From an uncultured Actinomycetes bacterium (GTDB taxonomy: Bacteria; Actinomycetota; Thermoleophilia; Gaiellales; Gaiellaceae), in contig CAVWKS010000026.1 in the NCBI GenBank assembly GCA_963755635.1, positions 46,786-110,785 of the forward strand: DNA of 64,000 nt. Direction: 5' to 3'. Position 1 is the first letter of the stretch, and every line of letters begins with the position of its first letter. A program made the translations under genes and the position numbers. Shown here piece by piece: positions 8,908 through 16,857 of this stretch. The notes beneath the pieces were generated by a model. It was not told the origin of the DNA. It made no database searches and worked only from the letters and a program-made list of their open reading frames with translations.

Positions 8908-10923
8908 TCAACCTTTGGTCGTTGGCGAGAGCTCGATCTCCGCGGGCAGCATGCTGAGCTCGCTCTCGTCCTCGAGCTCGCCACGGGTCCTGGCGTCGAA
9001 GTATGCGTAGGCGGTGGTGAGCGCGACGAACGGCATCGCCACCGCGTAGACGAACCCTGCGATCACGTTCACGAGCCAGAAGGGCGCGCTGGTGACGAGG
9101 ATGAGCAGCGCACCGAGCAGCGGGCCGGCGACGACGACCAGGGCGCCCCCCGCGACGATCAGCGAGGTGACCTTGAGCCATCGCTTGCGCACCAGTCGCC
9201 CGCTGCGGCGCAAGGCCCCGGCTCCCGACAGGTCCTCGAGCTCGATCGCCGGCACGATCAGAGCCCACCGGCCGGCCAGCCACACCGCGATCGGGACCAG
9301 GAAGATCGAGCTCGCGAGCAGCGAGACGACGACGGACGCGACGAGCAGCGCTCCAAGGAGCGGCGCGACGCTGTCGGCGGCGAGGCGATAGGCGGCGGCA
9401 GGCCCGACCGGTTGGCCTTCGTCGATCCGGACGAGAGCCCGCGCAGAGGCGGCCTGGACGAGCCCGAGGCCGAGCAGCGCCAACGCGGTTCCGATTGCGA
9501 GCACGAGGAGCGCGAGAAGCCCGCTGTTCTCGCCGCCCGTCTGGACGCCGAGGATGCTGGTCGCGTGGAGGAAGAGGGCCTGCAGGAGCGTGATGAGCAG
9601 CGAGATCGGGATGAAGACGAGACCGATCCCTACGAAAAGCCGGATCCGCTGAACGTACATCCGCCCGGAGGCAGAGAGGATCTGGCCCCAGGACCGCCGG
9701 CGGGCCACGCGGAGCGGAGCGGCCGGCCGCCACGTCGCTCGTGAGATCAGGATGACCACGAGCAGTCCGAGGCCCGCGAGTACCAGGCCGAACGCGACCG
9801 GCTTGGCGACGAGCTGAACGAGTGCCCTCGACCCGCGCCCGATCGCACCGCAGAAGAAGTCGGTCGCGCCGTTCCCGAACGCGCTGCCGGCGGGTACCGT
9901 GTAGCTCCGCGGGCGCCAGTCCTCCGACCAACGGATCGGCTCGGTCCATTGGGTCTTGAGATTCGGCCCGGTCGGGCCGTTGAAGAACGCCGGCCGGCGC
10001 TCTCCCCAGCGGCCTTCGAACGCGATCCAGGGGAAGTCCGCCCGCGCTTGGGCGGGCTCACTCGGGACCGTCTCCACGGCCGGTCGGATGTCGAAGGTCG
10101 GTCCACGCGTGTCGTCGCAGCCGACGCCCTCCGAAGCTGAGCTGCCGAGGTAGAGCGCCTCGCCGTAGAAGTTCGCGTGCGATCCCGCGGCCGGGTGGAC
10201 GACCGGGTGCGTCCCGTCGACCCGCTCGAGCTTGTCGTCGGTCCAGGCGGCCCGCTCCGCGCCCTCGTGCTGGCTGTATCCGACCTCGACCGGCGCCTGC
10301 TTCAGCGCCTGGGCCGGCGTCGAGGCGTCGAAGACGAGCTGGATCATCTCCCAGTCGCCCTCGTGCAGGTTGTTCCAGTCGTTGAAGACGTAGAAGAACC
10401 AGTACTGGAGCGCAAGCTTCCCCGGCCGCTCGGCGTCGGTCGCGACGTGCGCGTAGACGACCGGTGTCTGCCCCTCGACGAGCCTTCGTTCCCAGCGCAG
10501 GTAGTCGCAGCCCGGCTCGAGCGCGCTCCCCGGGAAGTCGAGGTGGTAGTCGAAGAGACCGTTCGAGAGGTCCTTCGCAGTCGGGCCGATCTTGACCAGG
10601 TCGCCGGGGCCCCAGGGCCCGCGCAGGGCAACGGTGGGCTCGCCGAAGAGCAGGTTGACGTTGATCGGCAGGTACGGCTTTCCCGGCTGGCAGTCGGTGT
10701 GTGAGACGAGCCTCACGACGGGCGCGTATCGCTGCGCAAGCGCTGCCTCCTGGGCCCGGTCGCCTGCTGCTGCGGGTGCCACGACGAGCGCCGCGAACGC
10801 GACGAGCGTCACAGCTACGAGCCGCGTCAAGCCGCTGGCTCCGAGGCGCACGACGACAATGATCGGCCCGGGAGGACCGCGACCGCGGCCGGCAGCACGT
10901 TTCCTATCGCTTGGCCAGCCCAC
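8908..10923 (-). CDS. secreted Vps62-like (DUF946-type) domain fused to a C-terminal polytopic membrane domain
   Basis: ORF 8908..10923 with a GTG start. It has a signal-like N-terminus. QRYAPVV...YLPINVNLLF and QYWFFYVFNDWNNLHEGDWEMIQLVF match the Vps62 pattern. The C-terminal half has at least 6 TM helices and ends in YAYFDARTRGE. Confidence 0.7.
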   Translation of the reverse strand: MGWPSDRKRAAGRGRGPPGPIIVVVRLGASGLTRLVAVTLVAFAALVVAPAAAGDRAQEAALAQRYAPVVRLVSHTDCQPGKPYLPINVNLLFGEPTVALRGPWGPGDLVKIGPTAKDLSNGLFDYHLDFPGSALEPGCDYLRWERRLVEGQTPVVYAHVATDAERPGKLALQYWFFYVFNDWNNLHEGDWEMIQLVFDASTPAQALKQAPVEVGYSQHEGAERAAWTDDKLERVDGTHPVVHPAAGSHANFYGEALYLGSSASEGVGCDDTRGPTFDIRPAVETVPSEPAQARADFPWIAFEGRWGERRPAFFNGPTGPNLKTQWTEPIRWSEDWRPRSYTVPAGSAFGNGATDFFCGAIGRGSRALVQLVAKPVAFGLVLAGLGLLVVILISRATWRPAAPLRVARRRSWGQILSASGRMYVQRIRLFVGIGLVFIPISLLITLLQALFLHATSILGVQTGGENSGLLALLVLAIGTALALLGLGLVQAASARALVRIDEGQPVGPAAAYRLAADSVAPLLGALLVASVVVSLLASSIFLVPIAVWLAGRWALIVPAIELEDLSGAGALRRSGRLVRKRWLKVTSLIVAGGALVVVAGPLLGALLILVTSAPFWLVNVIAGFVYAVAMPFVALTTAYAYFDARTRGELEDESELSMLPAEIELSPTTKG

Positions 10924-10980
10924 GCCCTATCAGCGCCACGGAGACTCACCCCGTGGAAGCTACAACGCTCAGCGCCGGGT

Positions 10981-11020
10981 CGGCATCTGGCTCTTGGTTG
11001 CGCGACCGACGCAGATGCCG
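10981..11020 (-). terminator. hairpin downstream of the two-component operon
   Basis: CGGCATCTG (10981-10989) pairs with CAGATGCCG (11012-11020). It lies 43 nt after the response-regulator stop on the minus strand. Confidence 0.3.
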
Positions 11021-11062
11021 GCACAGCCTCAGCCGTAGAGCGGCGAGGGCAACCGGGCCTTC

Positions 11063-11737
11063 TCAGCGACCCGTGCCCGACGAGCCCGGCGCGACGAGGC
11101 CGGTTTCGTAGGCGTAGATCACGGCTTGAACCCGATCGCGGAGATCGAGCTTCTGGAGGATGCGCGCGACGTGTGTCTTTGCCGTCGCTTCGCTGATCAC
11201 CAGCCGGCGGCAGATCTCCGGGTTGGAGAGGCCGCGCGCGAGGAGGTCGAGGACCTCTTGCTCGCGCGGCGTCAGCTGGTCCAGCTCGGGTGACGGTGCA
11301 GGCGGTGAAGCGGGTGACTGCCGGGCGAATTCCTCGATCACCGCGCGCGTGATCGCCGGAGCGAGCAGCGACTCGCCGCTTGCGACGATGCGGACGGCGG
11401 CGGCGATCTCCTCCGGCGGGGCGTCCTTGAGCATGAAGCCGCTGGCTCCGGCACGCAATGCCTCGTAGACGTAGTTGTCGAGCCCGAAGGTGGTCAGGAT
11501 CAGCACGCGCGTCTCGGGCCGCTCGCGGACGATGCGCCTGGTCGCCTCGATCCCGTCGAGCACCGGCATGCGAATGTCCATCAGCACGACGTCGGGCTCG
11601 AGCCGGCGAGCGACCGAGACGGCGTCCTCGCCGTCGCCCGCCTCGCCGACCACGCTCGCGTCGGGCTCAGCTTCGAGGATCTTGCGCAGGCCGACGCGGA
11701 CGAGCGCCTGGTCGTCGGCGATCAGAACGCTCGTCAT
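11063..11737 (-). CDS. NarL/FixJ-family response regulator (REC + LuxR-type HTH)
   Basis: ORF 11063..11737. It has the receiver motifs VLIADDQ and DVVLMDIRMP plus a C-terminal LTPREQEVLDLLARGLSNPEI HTH. Confidence 0.92.
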   Translation of the reverse strand: MTSVLIADDQALVRVGLRKILEAEPDASVVGEAGDGEDAVSVARRLEPDVVLMDIRMPVLDGIEATRRIVRERPETRVLILTTFGLDNYVYEALRAGASGFMLKDAPPEEIAAAVRIVASGESLLAPAITRAVIEEFARQSPASPPAPSPELDQLTPREQEVLDLLARGLSNPEICRRLVISEATAKTHVARILQKLDLRDRVQAVIYAYETGLVAPGSSGTGR

Positions 11738-12864
11738 CGGGTGGGCAGCAGGACACGGACGGCGAAGCCGCCGGTCGGCCGTCGGCCGGCGTCGAGGCGC
11801 CCGCCGTACAGCGCCACTCGCTCGCGCATCCCGACCAGGCCGTGCCCGCCGCTCGCGACCGGTGCCTGCGCGCCCGCGCCGTCGTCGACGATCTCGAGCT
11901 CGAGCGAGTCCCGCCCGTAACGGACGTGGACGCTTGCCTGCGCCTGTCCGGCGTGCTTGAGCGCGTTTGTCAGAGCTTCCTGGACGATCCGGTACGCCGA
12001 GAGCTCGATCCCGACCGGGAGCTCCCGCTTGTCGCCCTCGACGCGGAGCTCGACCGGCAATCCCGCCTCGCGCACCCGCTCGACCAGGGCCTGCAGGTCG
12101 TCGAGCCCCGGCTGCGGCGAGAGCGGATCGCCCGCGTCACTGCGGAGCATCCCGACCAGGCGGCGCATTTCGGTCAGCGCACCCCGGCCGATGCGCTCGA
12201 TCGTCACGAGCACGTCCTTCGTCGACCCGCTGGTGTCGTCGAGCACCCGGCGCTCTGCCCCGGCCTGCACGACCATCATCGAGACGTTGTGGGCGATCGC
12301 GTCGTGCAGCTCGCGCGCGATCCGCGCCCGCTCCTCGACCACTGCCTCCCGGGCGGCGAGATCGCGCTCCCGCTCGGCGAGCTGGGCGCGCCGCTCGCGA
12401 TCGCCGAGGACGCGGCGGACGAGCAGCATGACGACGAGCGCGACGACCGTGAACAGCGCTGTGTTCCCGGGGCTGCCCTTCGGCCCGAAGCTCGTGATGA
12501 GGAAGCCCACGCCGAGAAGCCCGAGCCCGAGCGCGAATTGCCGCGGCGTCGTCCAGACCGCGAGGGCATAGAGCGCGCAGAAGTATCCGACGCTCGCGAG
12601 GATGATCTGCGGGTCGCCCCAGAAGCCGAGCTCGATCGAGTAGAGCAGCGGCACGACGATCCCAACGAGCATCGGAGAGCGACGGCGAACGGCGATCGAC
12701 GCCGTGGCGACGAAGGCGACGAACGCGGCCACAGGGCGGTGTGAGCCCGCGCTGCTCCCGAGCCAGACCTCGAGCTGGGCCGCGATCGTGAGCAGCACGG
12801 CAACGGCCAGGTCGACGGTCGCCGGATCCGGCCGCGAGAGGGAGGGGGCAAAGCGGGTGCGCAC
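11734..12864 (-). CDS. sensor histidine kinase (HisKA_3/DesK-NarX type) with a multi-TM N-terminus
   Basis: ORF 11734..12864. The H-box is ARELHDAIAHNVS and there is an HATPase_c region (GHGLVGMRERV). It shares an ATGA stop/start overlap with the response regulator. Confidence 0.9.
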   Translation of the reverse strand: MRTRFAPSLSRPDPATVDLAVAVLLTIAAQLEVWLGSSAGSHRPVAAFVAFVATASIAVRRRSPMLVGIVVPLLYSIELGFWGDPQIILASVGYFCALYALAVWTTPRQFALGLGLLGVGFLITSFGPKGSPGNTALFTVVALVVMLLVRRVLGDRERRAQLAERERDLAAREAVVEERARIARELHDAIAHNVSMMVVQAGAERRVLDDTSGSTKDVLVTIERIGRGALTEMRRLVGMLRSDAGDPLSPQPGLDDLQALVERVREAGLPVELRVEGDKRELPVGIELSAYRIVQEALTNALKHAGQAQASVHVRYGRDSLELEIVDDGAGAQAPVASGGHGLVGMRERVALYGGRLDAGRRPTGGFAVRVLLPTR

Positions 12865-12899
12865 GACATGAAGGTAGACGGATTGGCTCGCGCTGTCAT

Positions 12900-12913
12900 C
12901 GGCCGATCGGCCG
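12900..12913. promoter_or_regulatory. 14-bp perfect palindrome CGGCCGATCGGCCG upstream of the kinase gene
   Basis: Read directly from the sequence. It lies 36-49 nt upstream of the kinase GTG (12864), in the divergent intergenic region. Confidence 0.25.
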
Positions 12914-13034
12914 ATCCCGGGCCGTCCAAAGATCAGCCGGTCGGATGACCGAAAGATCGCCGAGCCGGCCGACGACGCGCGGCTCGCCTCGTCGTACGGT
13001 CGTCTCGATGTCCAATCGCCAAGGAGGAACCGAG

Positions 13035-13695
13035 ATGAAACAGCTTTGGGATCGCTGGGCGCCGCTCGCCGGAGTGCTCTCCGTCGCGTGCTCGCTCGTC
13101 GGGGTCCTGTTCGTGCTGAACCAGCCGCAGGACAAGGACTCGAACGCCAAGATCGTCGCCTACTTCGCCCAGCATTCGCATCAGGTGCGCGGCGTCGTCG
13201 GCTTCTTCGTCTTCTTCGCCGGCATCCTCTTCCTGCTTGCCTTCCTGGGCTCGCTCCGGGAGCGGCTGCTTGCCGCCGAAGGGGAGCCGGGCCGGCTCAG
13301 CACGCTTGCGTTCGGAGCGGGCATCGCGAGCCTGCCGCTCTGGGGCGTCTCGATGCTGCTCGCCAACGCGGCCAGCCTCGCCTCGGGCGAGTCCTCGAGC
13401 TTCCGGCTCGACCCGAACACTCTACCGGCTGCTCTCCACGACCGCCTACTTCGCGTGGGTCGCGGCCCTGATCGTGAGCGCCGTCGTCGTCTGGTCGACG
13501 TCGGCGCTGGCGCTGCGGACCGGGGTGCTGCCGCGGTGGTACGGGCGGCTCGGGATTGTCGCCGGCATCATGCAGCTGTTCGGGATCTTCTTCTTCCCGT
13601 TCCTCGTGTGGTGGCTGTGGATCGTCGTGACGGCCGTGTTGCTCGTCACGCGGCGCAGCCTCGCCCCGGCGCGGGCTGCTCAGCCGGCGCTTTGA
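13035..13695 (+). pseudogene. hypothetical polytopic membrane protein split by a frameshift near 13419-13425
   Basis: The N-terminal part is in the frame of ORF 12945..13967 (AGGAGG then ATG 13035, MKQLWDRWAPLAG...SSSFRLDPNT). The hydrophobic C-terminal part (LYRLLSTTAYFAWVAALIV...VVTAVLLVTRR) continues in the frame of ORF 13237..13695. Confidence 0.6.
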
Positions 13696-13702
13696 TCGGC
13701 TT

Positions 13703-13728
13703 CCGGGGGCGGTTACGGCCGCCCCCGG
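13703..13728. terminator. GC-rich hairpin between convergent genes
   Basis: CCGGGGGCGG - ttacgg - CCGCCCCCGG, a 10-bp perfect stem between the stops at 13695 (+) and 13747 (-). Confidence 0.55.
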
Positions 13729-13746
13729 CTGCATCCGCGCACCGCG

Positions 13747-15156
13747 CTAGCAGCCGGTTCGCGGCGGCAGGTCGTCGGGCACGTCGACGAGGTCGACGAA
13801 CTCGGCGGCGAACTCGGCGAAGCGCTCGATGTCTCCACGGTTCGTCGCGATCCCGAGCGAGGCGCGTACGGCACCGCCGGACGGGAGCCCGATCGCCGTC
13901 ACGTAGTCGTCGAGGCTCATGCCGTCGCCGAACTCCCCGCCCAGGAGCGTCTCGCGCGAGATGGTGAAGGCGATCTCGCCCGCGCCGGGGTTGCAGAAGC
14001 AGCCGGTGCGCAGCGAGATCGAGTGGCGCTGGGCGATGCGGTCGACGTAGCGCTCGTCGACGATGCGGCCGTCCGGGTGGAGGAAGTTGAACGCGATCGT
14101 GGCGCCGCGACGCTCGACGGTGTCGGGGCCGTAGACCGCGGTCACGGGCGATCCGTCCGCGTGGCGCAGCCCTGTGATCACGCGCAAGAGGCGCTCGGCC
14201 TGCGCCTGCACGTGCGTGTGGATCCGCTCGATTCCGAGCCGTTGGTCGAGGAAGCGCAGGCCGATCTCGACGGCCGGGAGGTTGAGGAAGTTGACGGTGC
14301 CGTCCTCGAAGTGGGCGGGGCCGGGAGCCGACTGGTACCACTCGCGCTGGACGAAGGCGGCGACGATCGTCCCGCCGGAGAACCAGGGACGCTCGAGCTT
14401 GGCGAGCGCATCCCGGCGCGCGATCAACACGCCGACGCCGGTCGGCCAGCCGAACATCTTGTAGAAGGAGAGGCAGGCGAAGTCCGGCTTGGCCTGTGAG
14501 AGGTCGAGCCGGTTGGTGGGCACGAAAGCCGCCGCGTCGAGCAGGACGTCCCAGCCGTGCTCGTGCGCTTCGTCGATCCAGGAGAGTGGGTGCTGGACGC
14601 CCGAGAAGTTCGACTGGGCCGGGTAGGCGAACAGGTTGTGGTGCTCACCGACGACGTCGGTGAGGTAGCGGGGCAGCAGCGTCTCGTCGACGCGAAGCTC
14701 GGGGCCGGCGCTCGGGACGTACGTCGTCTCTGCGCCGCGGGCGCGCGCGAACTCGCGAATGCCGTTGACCGAGTTGTGGTTGTCGAAGGTGAGCAGAAAG
14801 CGGTCGCCCGGCCGGAACGGATAGGCCTCGCCGACCAGCCGGAGCGCGCCGGTTGCATTCGGCGTGAAGATGGCCACGTACTCGTCGGGCGAGGCACGGA
14901 AGAATCCAAGGACGGCCCGCCGCGCCTGCTCGGCCAGCTCGGTCATCGCCGCGGAGGTCGGATTGGCTGAGTGCGGGTTCCCGAAGACGTTGTCGCGCAG
15001 CAGCGCCAGGTGCTCGTCCAGCTGCGAGTGCGCGTAGAGGCCCGCCCCGGTGTAGTCGAGGTAGACGTGTCCGCCGGCGTCGAGCCGTCCGAACTCGGTC
15101 CGCCGCAGCTCGTCAAACAGAGGGTCGGCGGCCGGCGACGACACGAGCTGGCTCAT
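13747..15156 (-). CDS. class V PLP-dependent enzyme resembling the NifS-like domain of molybdenum cofactor sulfurase (stand-alone, no MOSC domain)
   Basis: ORF 13747..15156. It has the PLP-lysine context SFYKMFGWPTGVG and the active-site cysteine context RTGCFCNPGAG. Confidence 0.8.
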   Translation of the reverse strand: MSQLVSSPAADPLFDELRRTEFGRLDAGGHVYLDYTGAGLYAHSQLDEHLALLRDNVFGNPHSANPTSAAMTELAEQARRAVLGFFRASPDEYVAIFTPNATGALRLVGEAYPFRPGDRFLLTFDNHNSVNGIREFARARGAETTYVPSAGPELRVDETLLPRYLTDVVGEHHNLFAYPAQSNFSGVQHPLSWIDEAHEHGWDVLLDAAAFVPTNRLDLSQAKPDFACLSFYKMFGWPTGVGVLIARRDALAKLERPWFSGGTIVAAFVQREWYQSAPGPAHFEDGTVNFLNLPAVEIGLRFLDQRLGIERIHTHVQAQAERLLRVITGLRHADGSPVTAVYGPDTVERRGATIAFNFLHPDGRIVDERYVDRIAQRHSISLRTGCFCNPGAGEIAFTISRETLLGGEFGDGMSLDDYVTAIGLPSGGAVRASLGIATNRGDIERFAEFAAEFVDLVDVPDDLPPRTGC

Positions 15157-15209
15157 GCGCTCTTCCTACTCCCTTTCCGCCTCGACCGCAACGATTGGGG
15201 CCGGTTTGT

Positions 15210-15262
15210 CATCTCTCTACGACTATACACCTATACAACTACATTATGCTATAGTGCAGTTC
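15210..15262. promoter_or_regulatory. AT-rich divergent promoter/operator region
   Basis: This is the only strongly AT-rich patch in the neighbourhood. It holds a tandem CTATACA-c-CTATACA (15223-15237) and an inverted pair ACTATA (15222-15227) / TATAGT (15250-15255), directly before the arsR-family ATG (15263). Confidence 0.4.
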
Positions 15263-15604
15263 ATGGAGAAGCTTCCGCACCCGCTCCCACACGACCTGGT
15301 CGAGTTGATCGCCCGCCGCTTCCGCGTCCTGGGCGAGCCGAGCCGAGTCCGGTTGCTCGACCATCTGCGCGAGGGCGAACGCTCGGTGAACGAGCTCGCC
15401 GCTCACCTCGGCGCGGGGCAGCAGAACGTCTCCAAGCACCTGTCCGTCCTCGCCGAGGCGGGCATCCTCGCCCGGCGCAAGGACGGCAACCACGTCTACT
15501 ACCGAATCGTCGACGACGGCGTGCTCGGTCTCTGCGAGCAGGTCTGCGGCTCGCTCCAGCAGCAGCTGCAGACCCTGGCGCTGATCGTCGGCGGCTCGGC
15601 CTAG
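15263..15604 (+). CDS. ArsR/SmtB-family transcriptional regulator
   Basis: This is the in-frame ATG of ORF 15155..15604. It has a winged-HTH (SVNELAAHLGAGQQNVSKHLSVLAEAGIL), no alpha-3 CxC metal site, and a C-terminal CEQVC pair. Confidence 0.9.
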   Translation: MEKLPHPLPHDLVELIARRFRVLGEPSRVRLLDHLREGERSVNELAAHLGAGQQNVSKHLSVLAEAGILARRKDGNHVYYRIVDDGVLGLCEQVCGSLQQQLQTLALIVGGSA

Positions 15605-15616
15605 GAGGAGGTCGAG

Positions 15617-15841
15617 ATGACCAAGCTGACCAAGAACATGAGCAACCTCGATCGCACGGTCCGCGCTCTGATCGCGGTGGCCGCGCTCGTCGTGGCGATC
15701 GCCATCGGCGTCGGTTCCGTCGCCGGAATCGTGCTGCTCGTCGTCACCGCGCTCATGGGCGTGACCGCAGCCGTCGGCTTCTGCCCGCTGTACGCGCTCT
15801 TCCATATCGACACGCACGGCCGCAGGCTGCTGCCGCACTGA
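15617..15841 (+). CDS. DUF2892 / YgaP-like two-helix membrane protein
   Basis: ORF 15617..15841. NLDRTVRALIA...GFCPLYALF matches the membrane domain normally fused to the rhodanese YgaP. Confidence 0.75.
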   Translation: MTKLTKNMSNLDRTVRALIAVAALVVAIAIGVGSVAGIVLLVVTALMGVTAAVGFCPLYALFHIDTHGRRLLPH

Positions 15842-15852
15842 AAGGAGCACAC

Positions 15853-16206
15853 ATGGATGTCACCACCGAAACGTTCGAGCACGAGGTGATCGAGCGCTCG
15901 CACGAGATTCCCGTCGTCGTCGACTTCTGGGCGGCCTGGTGCGGGCCCTGCCAGATGCTCGGCCCCGCGATCGAAGCCGAGGTCGCGAAGCGCGAAGGTC
16001 GGATCGAGCTCGCCAAGCTCGACGTCGACGCCGAGCCGGAGATCGCTGCCCGCTACGGCATTCAGTCGATTCCAACCGTGGCCGTCTTCCGCGACGGCGA
16101 GCCGGTGACGGGCTTCGTCGGCGCCTACCCGCCGGCGACGATCGGCCAATTCTTCGACGAGCAGGTGCTCGCCGAGCAGGCCGAGCCGGCGCAGACGACG
16201 GCATGA
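15853..16206 (+). CDS. trxA: thioredoxin
   Basis: ATG 15853 follows AAAGGAG. The 117-aa product carries the WCGPC active site. Confidence 0.92.
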   Translation: MDVTTETFEHEVIERSHEIPVVVDFWAAWCGPCQMLGPAIEAEVAKREGRIELAKLDVDAEPEIAARYGIQSIPTVAVFRDGEPVTGFVGAYPPATIGQFFDEQVLAEQAEPAQTTA

Positions 16207-16219
16207 GCGCGGCGGTGGC

Positions 16220-16834
16220 GTGACGCCGCCGGTCGGGCGCGAGGAGTGGGACCGCCGCTACGCCGGCAGCGAGTTGCTCTGGAGCGCGCGTCCGAGTCGC
16301 TTCCTCCTCGCTGAGGCAGGCGATCTCCCGCCGGGGCGAGCGCTCGACCTCGCCTGCGGCGAGGGTCGCCACGCTGTTTGGCTCGCCGAGCGAGGCTGGC
16401 AGGTCACCGGCGTCGACTTTTCGGAGGCCGCGCTGGCGAAGGCGCGAGAGCTCTCCGCCGCGCGCGGGATTCGGGCGAACTGGGTGGCGGCCGATCTGCT
16501 GGACTACCGGCCGGAGGAGCGCGCCTACGACCTCGTCCTCCTCTTCTACCTCCAGCTGCCGGAGCCGCAGCGGCGGAAGATCCTCCGCGCGGCCGCCGAC
16601 GCAGTCGCGCAGGGTGGCCTGCTGCTGCTCGTCGCGCACGACAGCAGCAACCTCGCGGACGGTCACGGCGGGCCCAAAGACCCTGCTGTCCTCTACACCG
16701 CCGGCGACGTCGTCGCTGACCTCGACGGCACCGGGCTCGAGATCGAGCGCGCCGAAATCGTCGAGCGACCAGTCGCGACCGCAGACGGCGAGCGTACTGC
16801 CCTCGACGCGTTCGTCCGCGCCCGGCGCGACTGA
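16220..16834 (+). CDS. class I SAM-dependent methyltransferase (TehB/TPMT-like small-molecule type)
   Basis: ORF 16220..16834. Motif I is ALDLACGEGRHAVWLAERGWQVTGVD. Confidence 0.8.
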   Translation: MTPPVGREEWDRRYAGSELLWSARPSRFLLAEAGDLPPGRALDLACGEGRHAVWLAERGWQVTGVDFSEAALAKARELSAARGIRANWVAADLLDYRPEERAYDLVLLFYLQLPEPQRRKILRAAADAVAQGGLLLLVAHDSSNLADGHGGPKDPAVLYTAGDVVADLDGTGLEIERAEIVERPVATADGERTALDAFVRARRD

Positions 16835-16857
16835 CGAACTGAAGGCGCGGCGAAGCG

